From Eledone cirrhosa (Eukaryota), in contig OZ024745.1 in assembly GCA_964016885.1 (NCBI GenBank), forward strand, positions 32,984,001 through 33,048,000: 64,000 nucleotides of DNA, in the 5' to 3' direction. The translations under genes and the position numbers were made by a program. This document shows positions 36,061 through 52,045 of this stretch, in pieces. Position 1 is the first letter of the stretch. The number at the start of each line of letters is the position of its first letter. The notes beneath the pieces were generated by a model. The model ran no database searches and was not told the DNA's origin. It saw only the letters and a program-made list of their open reading frames with translations.

Positions 36061-38575
36061 GGCCCATCTAACCCATGCAAGCATAGAAAATAGACATTAA
36101 ATGATATTCTATACTTGCTGGTACTACTCCCAACTAGACTTGTATTTTAAAACTGAACAATGTGTTATTTTACTTAACCCTTTAGTAAATATAGAGTAAT
36201 GTAATTGCTATTGTATTTTCATGGTAAAGGCATAATATCAAAGCTACAAGATTTTGAGAACAATACCTTAACATCAGTATAAGCGGCCGATTATAGCTGG
36301 TTTGAACAAAAAGGGGTGTGACAATTCTGGCTGATTTAAATGCTAAAGGGTTAATGCAATATTTTGATCACCACAATTTATAATTACATCTTTCAATGAC
36401 ATTCATTTCTATTGGTTCATGTGTGAGGTGAACTTTCTGTCACTAAGTGTAAAGATGTTTGTGTCCATTCATTTTCTTCCTAAACAATCTTTTCAACTTG
36501 CAATCATTTTCTAGTTCTAGTTCAGAAGATAATATTGAATAATAATGAAGAAAAATAAAGGCTCAAACGTTTTCCATTGCTAATATTTTACTTACCACAA
36601 GTAATTGGAAGCAAAAGAGAGGCAGAAAAATCTGTATTTGGTTTTACATCAAATAAAAATTCTATACAAGCCTCCATTTGAAACAGCATTTGATTAAATG
36701 TTCAATACATCTGACTTATTATAAAGACATGCTTTCAACTTCAAAATATTTTCTCGCACTTAAAACTAAAATGCATTTTCATTACAGTCTTGTTTTACCA
36801 ATTGAAAAAAACCAATATATTTCTAGGCTTTCAATCGAGATCAATATATCTATTACATTGAATATCAATAGGGATTTTATTTAAGCACACGTTACCAGAT
36901 TTTGTTTCTGATTGTGCAATAGGCTTAACACATTTTGCCTAATGCTACATTATATTGAATTATATAATGGACAATATTTTAGCCCAAGGTTATTGTTGGA
37001 AGAAGCAGAATAGAATTTGAGTAGAAATTGTTTAGACCTTAAGATGCATTAAAAAATAGGGACAAGTTGGTAGCTGCTCAGATTCATTTCAAAATTGGTA
37101 AAATGGAAATAAAATTATTTTAATGAGGACAATGGAAATATTCTAGAAAATTTACACTAATGAAACTGTTATATCTCATACAATAGCTTTTGTGTGAGAT
37201 GAATGTGTGACAAAATATTCTAAATATCTTCATCCAGCAGGGAGAACTGCTTGGAGTTGAGAATTCAGGAATCTAACACAAAGACAAAACTCACATAATT
37301 CTGGCTGGGTTTGCCAACATTCCACCCTGGCTCTGGCAAAATAAGTATTGGGTTATATTCAATTGAATATATCCCTGTCCCTACTAAATTCTTGGACCTA
37401 GTATAAGGGAATCAATAATTATAATGGTTATCAAAATAAGCATATCATAAAAGGGGTTAAAATATTGTAGTTCTGAATAAGGATGATTAACCATTTTGAG
37501 TAATCAGAAAATTGTATGTGTGCATATAATATACACACGATAAACACACTTATCTACGAAGATAAGACTTGCTGGTTTATAACAGAAGAAAGCACCACAG
37601 CATTGTTGTGGAGAAAGCTGAAGTAGTGTGGCAGTAGAATATCTGAAACAATTAGCTGTCTAGATGATGACAAATTACAAGGGGAGATAAATAGTGTTCA
37701 ATTCATTGTCTCAGTCTTAATATTGTCATGTTATGAGACATTCCAACATTAAGGGAGCAGAGTGCAATAAGTGTTCTGATAAAAAGGGCCGATATAAAAT
37801 CTTCATTATATATGAAAGAACTTTTCCATATTTTTTTTTCTTTTGTGTGAAAAGAAAATTCATCAATCATACAGACATGCAATTCATAACATTTTCTTGC
37901 TGAGAATAATATATTGCAATTCTTACTTTTAATTAAATGCCATATTAATATATGAATTCTCTAACATCTTTATCAGTTTGTCATTAATTTCCAAATCATA
38001 AACACATCTCATTTATATATATTCATATATATTTTCATCAAATCTTTCAGTTAAACCAAATTTGTTACAAGGCAATGTTTTCATCCGACCCTGAAAAGGT
38101 AGTAAGCAGGAAATTTTTTGCTGCTAGAGGACGAATATTCCCCAATGCATTAAGATAAGGGATGGGAGAATTTTGTGGTTAATTTTGATTTCATTTGAAT
38201 ATTTTATTGTTTTAATAAAACAATTTTTTTCTTGGGAAAATGGAGATTCATATGATTTTGGTTAACTGGCAAATAATATACAATTAAAATTGTGAAGCAA
38301 GCATTAGTTTTAAACTAGACATTTACACAATGAATATTTAGATTAGAAATTTTTTTTGTTTTTCTCATCGATATTGAAACGACCTCTAGAATAAATCGTC
38401 AGTGATTTCAGTCATATTGGAAAACAGGTATTGTAAGGAAGAAGTGTCTCTTTACAAGATGAATTCCAGCTAAAACATGACAGAATTACAGGGGAAAAAA
38501 GTAGGAGAGAACGTGAAAGATTGCAGTGGAAGTAGTTGAGAAACTATTGCGTAAGAAAGAAGATAATGAGAATAG

Positions 38576-38999
38576 TCAACAGCAACCTCCACCTTCTGGT
38601 TCACCCTCTAAATGTAAAGTCTCTTTGGGTCGAGCAAAACCATTTTTCACACCGTCCCATCCTTCTTCAACTGTAATTTTACCCTCTTCTAACATTTGAT
38701 ATATGTCTCTGGCAACAACGAGAAAAGCTTCTTCCACATTAGTTCCAGTTTTGGCAGAAGTCTCTAAAAATCTTAGTCCATGATATTCAGCAAACTGACG
38801 TCCTTCTCGAGTTGTCACTTTACGTTCATTATCTTTGTCTGATTTGTGACCAACAATCACATAAACAGCCTTATGTGGTTCTATGTGCAACTGCGACTCT
38901 TTCAACCAATCCTCCAAGTGTTCAAAACTACTGCGTTTTGTTATGTCGTAAACTATTAAAGCTCCAACAGAGTTTCGGTAGTAAGATCTGGTTATGGAT
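38576..38999 (-). CDS. RAB39: Rab39 small GTPase, terminal coding exon (exon 1 not found in window)
   Basis: After a polypyrimidine tract and CAG acceptor (39000-39001): 'SITRSYYRNSVGALIVYDIT..VGHKSD..FLETSAK..VEEAF..EEGWDGVKNG..GGGCC*'. The GHK G4 variant and GWDGVK motif are characteristic of Rab39; C-terminal CC prenylation site. Confidence 0.93.
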
Positions 39000-39062
39000 C
39001 TGGAAAAAATCAAAGAGAAAAGAATAAATATGAAAGGGAAGTCAAAGGAGTTTATTAATAAG

Positions 39063-39356
39063 GTATGTATATGTAATACTAGCAAGACAATTGTTTGAAA
39101 GGCAAGTCAAATGGAATTATTAATCAAGTGTGTATATGTAATACTAGCAAGACAATTGTTTGAAAGGCAAGTCAAATGGAATTATTAATCAAGTGTGTAT
39201 ATGTAATACTAGCAAGACAATTGTTTGAAAGGCAAGTCAAATGGAATTATTAATCAAGTGTGTATATGTAATACTAGCAAGACAATTGTTTGAAAGGCAA
39301 GTCAAATGGAATTATTAATCAAGTGTGTATATGTAATACTAGCAAGACAATTGTTT
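39063..39356. repeat. 65-bp tandem repeat, ~4.5 near-identical copies
   Basis: AATACTAGCAAGACAATTGTTTG recurs at 39075, 39140, 39205, 39270 and 39335. Confidence 0.95.
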
Positions 39357-42300
39357 GTTGAGATTTTTATTAAAATGTAGAGTTTATTTTTTTTTATCAG
39401 CTGTAGAAAGCACACCAAATATAGAATGTATCAGCAAGACATACGAAAAAAAAACATACAATGGCTGCTGAGATCACAGTTATATACACTACCTAGATAT
39501 TACACCACACGGTGATGCAACCCACTAATCTCTACCCCAGTCATAGCTCACACAGCACACTAAGTCCTGTTACTCTTCTGGCATACCTCTTGGTCACCTG
39601 ATTGGTCTAGCCTTTAAAGACATGACAAGCTGTCCAACTCATGCCAGCATAGAAAGTAGATGTGAAAACAATAATTGAATAATCAAAATATATATTACTT
39701 ATTTCAATAACTTGATAGTTATCTTTAATTTAGTTGTCTAATCTATATATGTGCTTTTAACCATTTTGATACCAACCTACCAAAACAGCCACAGATTCTA
39801 TTTCTGCCAGTCACCCACCTCATGGATTGTCTTTCTGTTTACCACTGGCTGCTGGTCTCTGTCCTCTGAGGCATTTTTGCCCATTGCTGTCTTTGACTGC
39901 ATTTAGCTGTTTTAACAGCTGTTCTCGTAATGAGTTTTTTGTTTTTTTTCTATATATATTCATTTTAAATAGTTTCTATTTATATTAAAATCTTCCAACA
40001 TATATAAGAACCATTTGTTATGTTGTAGTGCAATTACTATCTTTATAATGAAATGATTTTAGTAATCTTATAAAACTGAGTGAATTAAGAAGAGTTGTTA
40101 GAACATTGGTCAGTATGCCATATATTTATTCAAGTTCTCTGAGTTAAAATCCCAAGATCAGCCTTTCATCCCTTTGTGGTTTGATAAAGTAGCACTCCAG
40201 TATTGGTGAAGAAGAAATCAGCTGTGGCCAAGACATGGAAAGGGATTAGCTCCACCTTGTTTACATGCCCAAGACATTTACTGTGTGTCATGACATCACC
40301 ACTAGAACTCCAACAGCAGTTGAGGGTTTCAATGGAATTTGCTTTGCTTCTTTTACCACTAATAAAAGATGATAATGATGATGGTGGTGATGGTTTTGCA
40401 ATCCCATATATTTGAGATTGTGATTATGAATAACTGGTTTAATAAATATAATTATTTATAAACCTAGATGATACGTGGATGTAGCATGGTTGAACAGTTA
40501 AGTTCACTTTGCTACCAACCATTCGGTCATGGGTTCAATGCTACAACATGGTATCTAGGACAAGTGTCATTTACCAAAGCCTTGGATTGACTCAAACTTT
40601 GTGAATGAAACTGGGTAAACAGAAACTGTTAGGAAACTAACCTGATAGACTACTTGTAATTCAAAAGACCAGCCTGGTCATGCTGAATCTCCTTGAAAAC
40701 AATGTTATTAGTACATGTATCTGTGGAAGACTCAACCACTTACATGTTAATCTCATGAGCAGGCTGTTAGGTTAATTGAAAAACAGGAACATTCATCACC
40801 AAAACTGGAGACCCATCGTACTTGTGTGAGTAACATAATGGTGTTTTTTTTTTTTTTTATTTATAATTCTATATTTCTTAATGAAAAAAAAATACAGGAT
40901 GTTCTTTGTTTTCATTCTTTTCACAAGCCTAAAATTAATCTGTTGCTAAATTATTCAGAGATTGAATTTCAAGTTATTTGTTGTCATAACAAAACAATAT
41001 ATTTTTCATGTCAACAAAGATGGTATTTTAACATGAATAATTTATCGATGGCATGTCTATCAGATTTTACATCATCATCATCATTTTACGTCCACTTTTC
41101 CCTGCTTGCAAGGGTTGGACGGGTCCTATTCAGCACAGCATCTCTCCACTTGTCATGGTCCTTCGTCATCTCCTCGATGAGTTTCAGCGATCTGAGGTCT
41201 GCTCTCGGAACATAGACATCACTGCTTGCCTTCTTTTAATAAGATGCATAAGGAAACAGATCCCTGGCTTGCCAGAGAGATCAGTGGTTCCACTTCAGTA
41301 CTGACTTAGTCTAGGAAAAGCAGACATTAAAATGATGATGATGATATATAAATATATATTAGGTGATTCAGTACATTTGTAGATTACTGAGGAAGGTACT
41401 CAATACTATAGCAGAGTGTATACATTAAGAAGAAAACAAGGTTTCACATTGAGGTTTTTATCAATAAAAACCTGTGAAACCTTGTTTTATTATTTATATA
41501 TATATATGATATATATTATTCAGTTTCTGTCTGCAAATTTCATGCACAAACAAGGCATTAGTTGGCCCAAGGTCTTAACAGAAGACACTTACTCAAGGTG
41601 CCATGCAATGGAATAGAATCCAAAACCTTGTGGTTACACAGTGAACTTGTTAACACAGTCATATATGTATCTAAATCAGGATTACATTCTGTTAAATATT
41701 TAGTTTTTACTAATATAATGGTTTTAGCAGCTTCATAAAATGATAAAAGGAGAGAAACCAAAAAATTAAGTAACAAGTCCCAGAAACTATATCATGAGAT
41801 CAACTATTGAGGTGTACGTATATATTCATATTGAGTGTGTAACCCTCATAAGAGTCATCCCTCTCCAAGTCACATTAATGGTGAAATGTTAAGTCAACAA
41901 TGCAAGTGAATGAAACACCATTCATTTACACAGCTTCCTGCAGCTGCGAGTTGTAGTTTCTTCTTCTCATGGTACCTAATTTTCAGCCAGACATACAGAA
42001 ACTTAATATGTTTGACACTGGGTCAGCTTTGGAAAAGCAGATAAATAATCAAAAGTCTTCCAACAGTGGCCATCTCATTTTTCTATTCTGACATAATATA
42101 TGACTACCGTTATTTAATGTCTCTAAAATCTGTTTTTTTTTCCATTCTGACATAAATACTTTTATTTATGTCTGAAATCTGTCCAATATTCCTCAGGCTG
42201 GTGTTTATCCCCACAGTACAAGACTTACCTTGAACAGGAGGCCAGTCCATCACAGGGTTAAAGCCCCAGCTTTATTTAATATGACCTCCTTCTTAAGATA

Positions 42301-45300
42301 GCAGGTGTAAATTGATGAAAGTTTGACTGCTATTTCTAACAGACTGACTGATGATGTAGAGAGTTGTTGTTTTTTTTTTGTTAGTTAGAACATGAAAAAT
42401 CTCTTTGTAAGAGGGGCACAACATAAACAATCATTGATGGAGTACAAAACTTCCATCCATGAGCAGGCCTATGCAAATCTGGTAATGGCCAGGACCAGAT
42501 GTAAAATGTAGGTTCCTAAACCTGCTAATAGGCCTGGACCAGAAGTGAGATGTAGGCTGCTAAACCTGATTACTATCTGAGACCAAATGTAAAATGTAGG
42601 CTCCACTGGAAAATTTGAAACTGCTCAAAATATTTTAATAATCAAACAAATAAAATTGTACATTTTATCTGTGTTAAGAAATATTTATATATTTCAATAG
42701 TCCACTAATATTTGTCTGAATTAAACAGTTGATAAGTTATAAGAATATCACCAATCGATGTTAGGTTTGTTTAGTCTTTTTAGTATATGAGAAACTAGTT
42801 ATCCAGATTAAAACACCTGAGAAACTGCCTCCTATGAAATTGCTTCTCATAGGAGGCCAGCTAAACCTACATAGGTGTAGACTATAACAACAACATTGTA
42901 GTTACAGAATAGTCATTAGTGAGTGATGTTAACAGTGCATATATACCTCAGCTACAAGATCCACCAAACGTTTTAAGACAATACAAAAAGGGCAACAACA
43001 AAGTTTTGGGTTCTATTTCCCTGTGGGACTCTGTGGGCAAGTATCTTCTAAATACCACATAAACTAAGTGTTTTCTCCAACAAAAATTTAAAAAATGTTG
43101 ATCTGTATAATATGAATTCTAAATGAATGCATTTAAAGTCTTGTCTCAAGTCTGGTGGGGCTCATCAGACCAGTGCTAATCTCAGTTTCCATGGCATTAA
43201 GTGACTGAGAGTATAAGACTTCTCCCTCAACAGAACACCAGTCCATCACAGGGTTAAACCCTCAGCTACTGCTGGACTCATTTTCAGCTGAGAATACTGG
43301 AGCAATGTGAAATGAAGTGTTTTGCTCAAGAACACAAGACACCACCCAGTCGAGGAATTGAACCCACAACATTTTGATCATAAGTTCAACACTAGGGTCA
43401 TGTACCTCCACAAATGAATGCATATAATGAGTTGCATGTTTTATCTGATTCAAAGATAAATTGAGGTTAATAAAAGTAGTGGGAATGATGTAATAACCTT
43501 TTACATAATGTGTGTCAGCAATCTGGACTAATATGATTAAAATCAACCTTTGATATTGAGAATGTTCAGTAAAAAAACAGTTAACATTGTGATAGCGAAA
43601 ATGATACCCCAGCAAGATCACAATCTAATAAATGAAACCAGTAAAAGTGTATAACCACCAAATATATCAAAATATAAAGATAGCAGTAACTTTCAATAAG
43701 AACAGATACAAGGTAGAAGGAACTTTTTAATCCTCCTGTACAGGACCTCTCTAGTGCTGGTGGCACAATAAAATACACCCAGTGCACTCTGTAAAATGGT
43801 TGATGATACAAAGAGTAACTAGAGGTAGAAAAGTGATATAATGGAATTTAGAAGTAAGACATAGACTCCACATGTTGCATTGCAGGACACTTAACTTGGG
43901 GAGGAATTATTCTAAATAAAAATTGATAGACAGTTCTAGTGGATCTTTAATCCTGTGACATGGCAATAACATCTCTAATGCTGGTGGTATTACAAAACAC
44001 ACCTTGTCCACACTGTAAGGACATACACAACAACAAAGCCAACTGGTTTTCTATGTTGCTATGTATACCAGATGATGGTGTTGAAGAGAAGGAATAATAG
44101 ATGTGATGTCAAAGAAAGAAATCTAATGCTAAACTTCAATAGTTTACAGCAACTTTAGCAAAATTAGACCATCATCATCATAATTATTAGAAAAATAAAA
44201 ATGATATCAACAAAAATTGGTTTCCTCTGAGCAAGGATCCTCAAAGTGGTTGATATCACTACCCAGAAGATCAACTGAACATTTTAGACAAAACTTGACA
44301 TTTGTATTAGAAAAGAAAATACATAAAATAATACAACCAAATACAACTTGCTTAAACAGGTTTCTCATTTGCATATAATTAATTCTTTATAGTTTATTTA
44401 TTATTCTGTTTACTGATTTATTTATTTACCTATTTATTTTTGTATATGTCTGGGGGTTGATGTGGAGAGTCAAGGATTTCATGAGAGGGGTAAATGATCT
44501 AACAAATTTGGAGTTCCCTGCTTTAGAATAATAGTGAGTTCACCTGCACTCTAGTTGTTAGATGCTGAAAGTGCAGAAAAAAAATTCATTGCCTTTGAAA
44601 TGAAATGTTATAGAAATGTGCTTTGTATAGAGAACATTGAACTGATGCAAGAAATTAGGAGAAAAAAACTGATAAAAAAATAGCAAACTCTTCTGTTGTC
44701 AAAATTTAAACTGGTTTGGTTATATTACCCAACACTATAACAATCAGCCTTTACTAAATAGGGTTATGCAAAGACAAAGCCCAAGTAAAAAAAAATTGTA
44801 TTAGAAATTTAACTTAAATGCTCTTACATAAATTTATGATGAAAAGTTTTTAGACCCTGTTCTTATATTTTTCAGGAAAGATACTGCCTATAATTTTTGA
44901 ATAATTTTGAAAATAAACTAGAATCAATTTATTCAATATATAAAATCTCTCAATGTCATGAAAGGCCATTGACATCATATAATTGAGCAGTTGTCTAATA
45001 AAAACATAACACACTACTAAATGGGGACAGAAAAGGAAGAAGAAAAAATAATGAAAAAGAGAAAAAGAAAGAAGGATTAAGCAGTGAAAGAAGGGGGGGG
45101 GGGGCAGATACTACACCCCAGTCTTAGCGGTGCCTCAGCCATGCCCCATGGACAAAACAGTGTGTTACCACGTAGAATGGCCAGAGACACCTGCTTTAAC
45201 AGCCACCCCACTTCACAGGACTTCTGTAGAGATTCAGTAAAACTTACTCATTATTAATCTGGTGTTCAGAATAAAGTTTTACTGTTTCAAAATAGCAGCT

Positions 45301-45564
45301 GTTATAGAATAGTTGAAGGCAAACTGAGACAAATGCATCTTACATGGGGCAGAACATAGACTAGCCAGAAGGGAATCAAATCATTGAAGCCTTATTTCCC
45401 AAACAGGAAGAATAGAAAAAAACCCCATTAAACACTAACACTACAATATTATTACAATAATATTGACATAAGTCAACAAAGGAACATCTAAATGACCATT
45501 CAGCCTGCTAGAAATAGCAGCTAAATCTCTTTCAAAATAAATCTTACTGTCTAAAATAATAGTT

Positions 45565-45760
45565 TTTGATGTAGGCTCAAGGCCAACAATTTTAGGGGAA
45601 GGGGAAAGTCGATCGACCCCAGTACATTACTGGCAATTTTATCGACCCCGTAAGGATATAACCTTAGTGGAATTTGAACTCAAAATATAATGGCTGTAAC
45701 TCTATGCCACAAAGCATGATGTCCGATGCTCTATTGATGCTGCCAATCCACCACCCTTGT
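45565..45760 (-). mobile_element. tRNA-derived SINE copy (diverged)
   Basis: Family body. The flank TGTCTAAAATAAT is duplicated on both sides. Confidence 0.7.
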
Positions 45761-46330
45761 CTAAAATAATGAAAGCACACATTAGATAATGTAATCCTAG
45801 ATGCCATTAAAAATACAAGATGATAATGGTAGGATCACCTCTAATTGATCATTTGTCTGCTCAATCAACATTCAACCGAGGAACAACAACTTTTATCATT
45901 TATCTTTTTTAAATAATTCAGTAACATATCTGTCAACCTATCTATCATCATCATCACTATGGAGAACTACAGGGGGGGGGGGGTTCAAGAAGTGGCTGGA
46001 GTACTACAACATGTGTATTGAGTTTTGGAGGATCCTACTTTGAGGGAGACAAAAGTTTGGTGTTGATCCGAGTTAAATAAATGTCTCTGATAAAAGTCTC
46101 AAAGCCACTTGAGTGTACCTCATATATATAATGTTAAACATTTAATTACACAATAGTTTTGCTTCATTTTCCTCAGAAACTGCTCCAGGACAACATTCAA
46201 CTATCTTATTGGACACTGTGGTCCTGAATGGACTGGCAGTACTGTTGGTGGGGGGTAACACTGTGTACATTCATTTCAACAGCTGATAACCACAGAGTTT
46301 TTTTGTATTTGTTGCCAACTTTGCTATATA

Positions 46331-47602
46331 TCATCATCATCATCATCGTTTAACATCCATATTCCACGCTTGCATGGGTTTGGACGGGAGTTTTCCCACT
46401 TGAGGCAAGAGTGGTTGTCTTGCTCGTATAGGACTGTCTGGCAGGTTTTCTACGGCTGGATGCCCTTTCTAACACCAACCATGTTTACAGTGCGGACTGG
46501 GAGGTTTTTACCGCGTTACCTACACGGCCACATTACAGCGTGGACTGTGTTTTTTTGTCGTGACACCTACTCGACCTCATTTGTTTCGGACTGGATGTTG
46601 TAGTACCAACATAACTTTACATCGAAAGGGGGTGGTGTGGATGAGGTGGGGGTAGTGGGACGGGGGTGTATTTTTGTTAAGAGGTGCCTACTGACTGTAG
46701 GTTTCGCTTTGTACTTAGGCAAGGCAGGTCTTCTGTATTACTGCATAGCGCCAAAGATCTCGGTCCAGTGACATTGTCTTGGAGAGGTGTAAGTGTGTGA
46801 TGTCGGAATTTATCAAGTCGTCCCAGGTTTTTCTGGGTCTGCCTACTCCGTAGCTACCGTCTATTTTTATCGCCCTGCACTTTTTTATACAGCTGTCGTC
46901 TTTCATGCGCATCACGTGACCATACCAACGTAGTCTTCTCTCGAGTAAACAGCATCTGATCCCTCTTATTCCTAATTTCTCCCTTAGTTCATTTATGCTT
47001 TGTCGTTCACGTATATTACTAGTACACATCCAACGGAGCATGCAAGCTTCGTTCCTCTCCAGTCTGCATATATCCTCTGCACACAATGCCCAAGTCTCAC
47101 TGCCATGTAACATTGCTGTTCGTATGCAGGCATCATACAGCCTGCCTTTCATTTTTAGAGAGAACCCTTTAGCGGCCAATAGTGGTATATGCTCTCTGAA
47201 CTTTTTCCATCCCGTTCGGACACTAGCTACAGTACTTTCAGCGCATCCTCCACCACTGCTGATTTTGTCAGCCAGGTAATGGAAGGTGTCCACTATTTCT
47301 ATAGGACCATCTGTGCAATGGAATGAGCTAGTATTCTGTGGGCACTTGCTGCTACTTATTGCACCTGAGCAGCAGCCACATATAAAATCTATATTCTTAG
47401 TTAGCTTACCTGTGATCCCACTACATCTTTTATGCATCCATACTTTGCATTTGGGACATAAAATGGAGTTTCTGCCTGCTCTTTTCCTACACACTGAGCA
47501 TGACCATTTCCCAGATGGGACCAATGCCCTATTTTCCTTCCTACAAACTAGAACTTTAGTCTTAGACAGGTTAATTTTAAGGCCTTTTGATTCTAGACCA
47601 TG
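46331..47602 (-). mobile_element. 5'-truncated RTE LINE with 3' UTR and (GAT)n tail
   Basis: ORF 46715-47602 with a PHD-like Cys cluster and '[15 protein letters not shown]'; (CAT)n on the plus strand at ~46331-46347. Confidence 0.9.
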
Positions 47603-47958
47603 CTCCCTCCTCTTGGACATATGTTTTTCCAATAAATTTGAACATATGTTCCTTAAGGGTTAATTTTATGCTGGCCCCCACCGCATGTGCAATCATTTTC
47701 TTTAGTTCATCGTGGTTTTCGGGGGTCCGTATGGCTCTGGTCCACCCATTCCATCTATCTGTGTGGGTTTTCTTGGCCATTGAAGTAATGGTAGGTGGTC
47801 TGCCTCTTGCTGGTCTTGTAGGGCACAGGTTGCTAGGGTCATATGTGTCTAGATAATTATTACTATAGGTAAGTTTAAGTAGGAGTCACTGGTATCAATC
47901 TCACTAATCATTTCTACGCATTTCTCCACAGCAAAATCCACGTCAATAGATGGATACA
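47603..47958 (-). mobile_element. Penelope-like reverse transcriptase fragment
   Basis: Minus-strand translation 'MYPSIDVDFAVE..KEHMFKFIGKTYVQEEG' matches the PLE RT motifs LYPSI and FxFxGxxYxQxxG. Confidence 0.65.
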
Positions 47959-48119
47959 TAATATATATATATATTATATATATATATATATATTATATTT
48001 CATTCCTTTTATTTTGATCATGCTTTATTTTTATTTTTAATTCCATTCGCACCATTTCCTTTCGCTATATGTCTCTCCACCACTCCCCTACACACCCTTT
48101 GAACTCTGTTCCCACACAC

Positions 48120-48210
48120 TTCTCACCTGAGGAAGGGCTTATGCCCGAAACGTCGTTCCCCACCACCACCCCACTCTCCAGAGCGTGAAATTAATAAACA
48201 TTCGTTGTAC
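48120..48210 (+). ncRNA. Hammerhead-like core in a Penelope-type terminal repeat
   Basis: CTGAGGA-A-GGGC-TTAT-GCCC-GAAA-CGTCGT, then AATAAA at ~48193. A stem I partner is not obvious. Confidence 0.45.
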
Positions 48211-48254
48211 TGCCTCTCTGTTTTGTTCCTGTACAAATTTTTCCATTATATTAA

Positions 48255-48289
<35 letters not shown>

Positions 48290-48981
48290 TTATAATATAT
48301 ATGTATATATCATATATATATACATTATATATATATCATATATATATCATATATATATAATATATATATAATATATATATAATTTATATATATATATATA
48401 ATATATATATAATATATATATAATATATATATAATTTATATATATATATATAATATATATATCATATATATATCATATATATATCATATATATATAATAT
48501 ATATATTATATATATATCATATATATGTAATATGTATATCATATATAATATATATATTATATATATCATATATATGTAATATATATATCATATATATGTA
48601 ATATATATATCATAAATATGTAATATATATATCATATATATATAATATATATATCATATATATATAATATATATATAATATATATATCATATATATAATA
48701 TATATATTATATATATCATATATATTATATATATATTATATATATCATATATATTATATATATCATATATATATATATTATATATATATATATTATATAT
48801 ATTATATATATATCATATATATATCATATATATATAATATATATATAATATATATATATTATATATATATTATATATATATTATATATATATATCATATA
48901 TATATCCTATATATATGTAATATATATATCATATATATATATGTATATAATATATATATAATATATATATAATATATATAT

Positions 48982-49035
<54 letters not shown>

Positions 49036-50486
49036 TATATATATAATATATATATATATCATATATATATAATATATATATATGTAATATATATATCATA
49101 TATATATATCATATATATATAATATATATATATTATATATATATCATATATATTGTAATATATATATCATATATATATATCATATATAAATAATATATAC
49201 ATATTATATATATATCATATATATATATATATATATATCATATATATATCATATATATATAATATATATATATATATCATATATATATATCATATATATA
49301 TATTATATATATATCATATATCATATATATATACTATATATATATTATATATATATATCATATATCATATATATATAATATATATATATTATATATATAT
49401 CATATATATATATATATATATCATATATGTATAATATATATATATCATATATATATAATATATATATATATAATATATATATATTATATATATATCATAT
49501 ATATATCATATATATATATATATATTATATATATATCATATATATATATATATCATATATATATATATATGATATATATATATATATATATCATATATAT
49601 ATAATATATATATATTATATATATATATATATATCATATATATATAATATATATATATTATATATATATATATATCATATATATATAATATATATATATT
49701 ATATATATATATATATCATATATATATAATATATATATATATTATATATATATATATATATATCATATATATATAATATATATATATTATATATATATCA
49801 TATATATCATATATATATATATTATATATATATCATATATATAATATATATTTATATTATATATATATCATATATATAATATATATTTATATTATATATA
49901 TATCATATATATCATATATATATATATTATATATATATCATATATATAATATATATTTATATTATATATATATCATATATATCATATATATATATATTAT
50001 ATATATATCATATATATAATATATATTTATATTATATATATATCATATATATAATATATATTTATATTATATATATATCATATATATATCATATATATAT
50101 CATATATATATATTATATATATCATATATATATCATATATATATATTATATATATCATATATATATCATATATATATCATATATGATATATATATATTAT
50201 ATATATATATATTATATATATGATATATATATATAATATATATATATTATATATATATAATATATATATATTATATATATCATATATATATCATATATAT
50301 ATCATATATGATATATATATATTATATATATATATTATATATATGATATATATATATAATATATATAATATATATATATTATATATATATAATATATATA
50401 TATAATATATATAATATATATATATTAATATATATATAATATAATATATATATATTAATATATATATAATATAATATATATATATT

Positions 50487-50519
<33 letters not shown>

Positions 50520-50765
50520 ATATATATATATTATATATATATCATATATATAATATATCATATATATAATATATATATATCATATATATAATATATATAT
50601 ATATATAATATATATATATATATAATATATATATATATATAATATATATATATCATATATATAATATATATAATATATATGTATCATATATATAATATAT
50701 ATATATAATATATATATATATAATATATATATATCATATATATAATATATATATATCATATATAT

Positions 50766-50798
<33 letters not shown>

Positions 50799-50822
50799 AT
50801 ATATATATAATATATAATAAAT

Positions 50823-50854
<32 letters not shown>

Positions 50855-51131
50855 ATATATATATAATATATATATAATATATATATATATAATATATAAT
50901 ATATATACAATATATATATAATATATATATATATAATATATAATATATATACAATATATATAATATATATATATATATAATATATATAATATTAATATAA
51001 TATATATATATAATATATATAATATATATATAATATATATATATATTATATGTATTATATATATATATATAATATATATATATATTATATATATATATTA
51101 TATATATTATATATATATATTATATATTATA

Positions 51132-51262
51132 CGCCAGTGAAGGCGTGTGGCTGAGTGGTTAGAGGATTGGATTCGCAATCGTAAGGTTGTGAGATCGATT
51201 CCTGGACCAGGCGATGCGTTATGTCCTTGAGCAAGGCACTTTATTTCACGTTGCTCCTTCTA
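51132..51262 (+). mobile_element. tRNA-like SINE head embedded in the TA satellite
   Basis: GGCGTGTGGCTGAGTGGTTAGAGG..GAGATCGATTCCTGGACC..GTCCTTGAGCAAGGCACTTTATTTCACG. Confidence 0.7.
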
Positions 51263-52045
51263 CCTATATAATATATATATATAATATAATATATATATAT
51301 AATATATATATATATAATATATATATAATATATATATATAATATAATATTTATATATAATATATATATATATAATATATATATAATATATTATATATATA
51401 ATATATATATAAATATAATATATATAATATATATAATATAATATATATATAATATAATATATATAATATATATATATAATATATTATATATATAAATATA
51501 ATATATATAATATATATAATATAATATATATATAATATAATATATATAATATATATATATATATATTATATATATAATATATATATATATAATATATATA
51601 ATATATTATATATATATATATAATATATATAATATATTATATATATAATATATTATATATATAATATATAATATATATAATATATATATAATATATGTAA
51701 TATATTATATATATAATATATATATATATAATATATAATATATATAATATATATAATATATAATATATATATTATATATATATATATTATATATATAATA
51801 TATTATATATATTATATATATTATATATTATATATATTATATATATTATATATATAATATATTATATATATTATATTATATATATAATATATTATATATA
51901 TTATATATATAATATATTATATATATTATATATATAATATATTATATATATTATATATATAATATATTATATATATATATAATATATATAATATATTATA
52001 TATATAATATATAATATATATAATATATTATATATTATATATATA

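Noticed and set aside
39000-39085. N-terminal extension of the Rab39 ORF (MLVLHIH..)
   Set aside because: Intronic polypyrimidine tract upstream of the acceptor. The G1-G3 motifs are absent, so the real start is in an exon not found in this window.
51140-51215. tRNA-like sequence (also ~14220 and ~25455)
   Set aside because: Cloverleaf is imperfect and it runs into a shared SINE body; classed as SINE heads.
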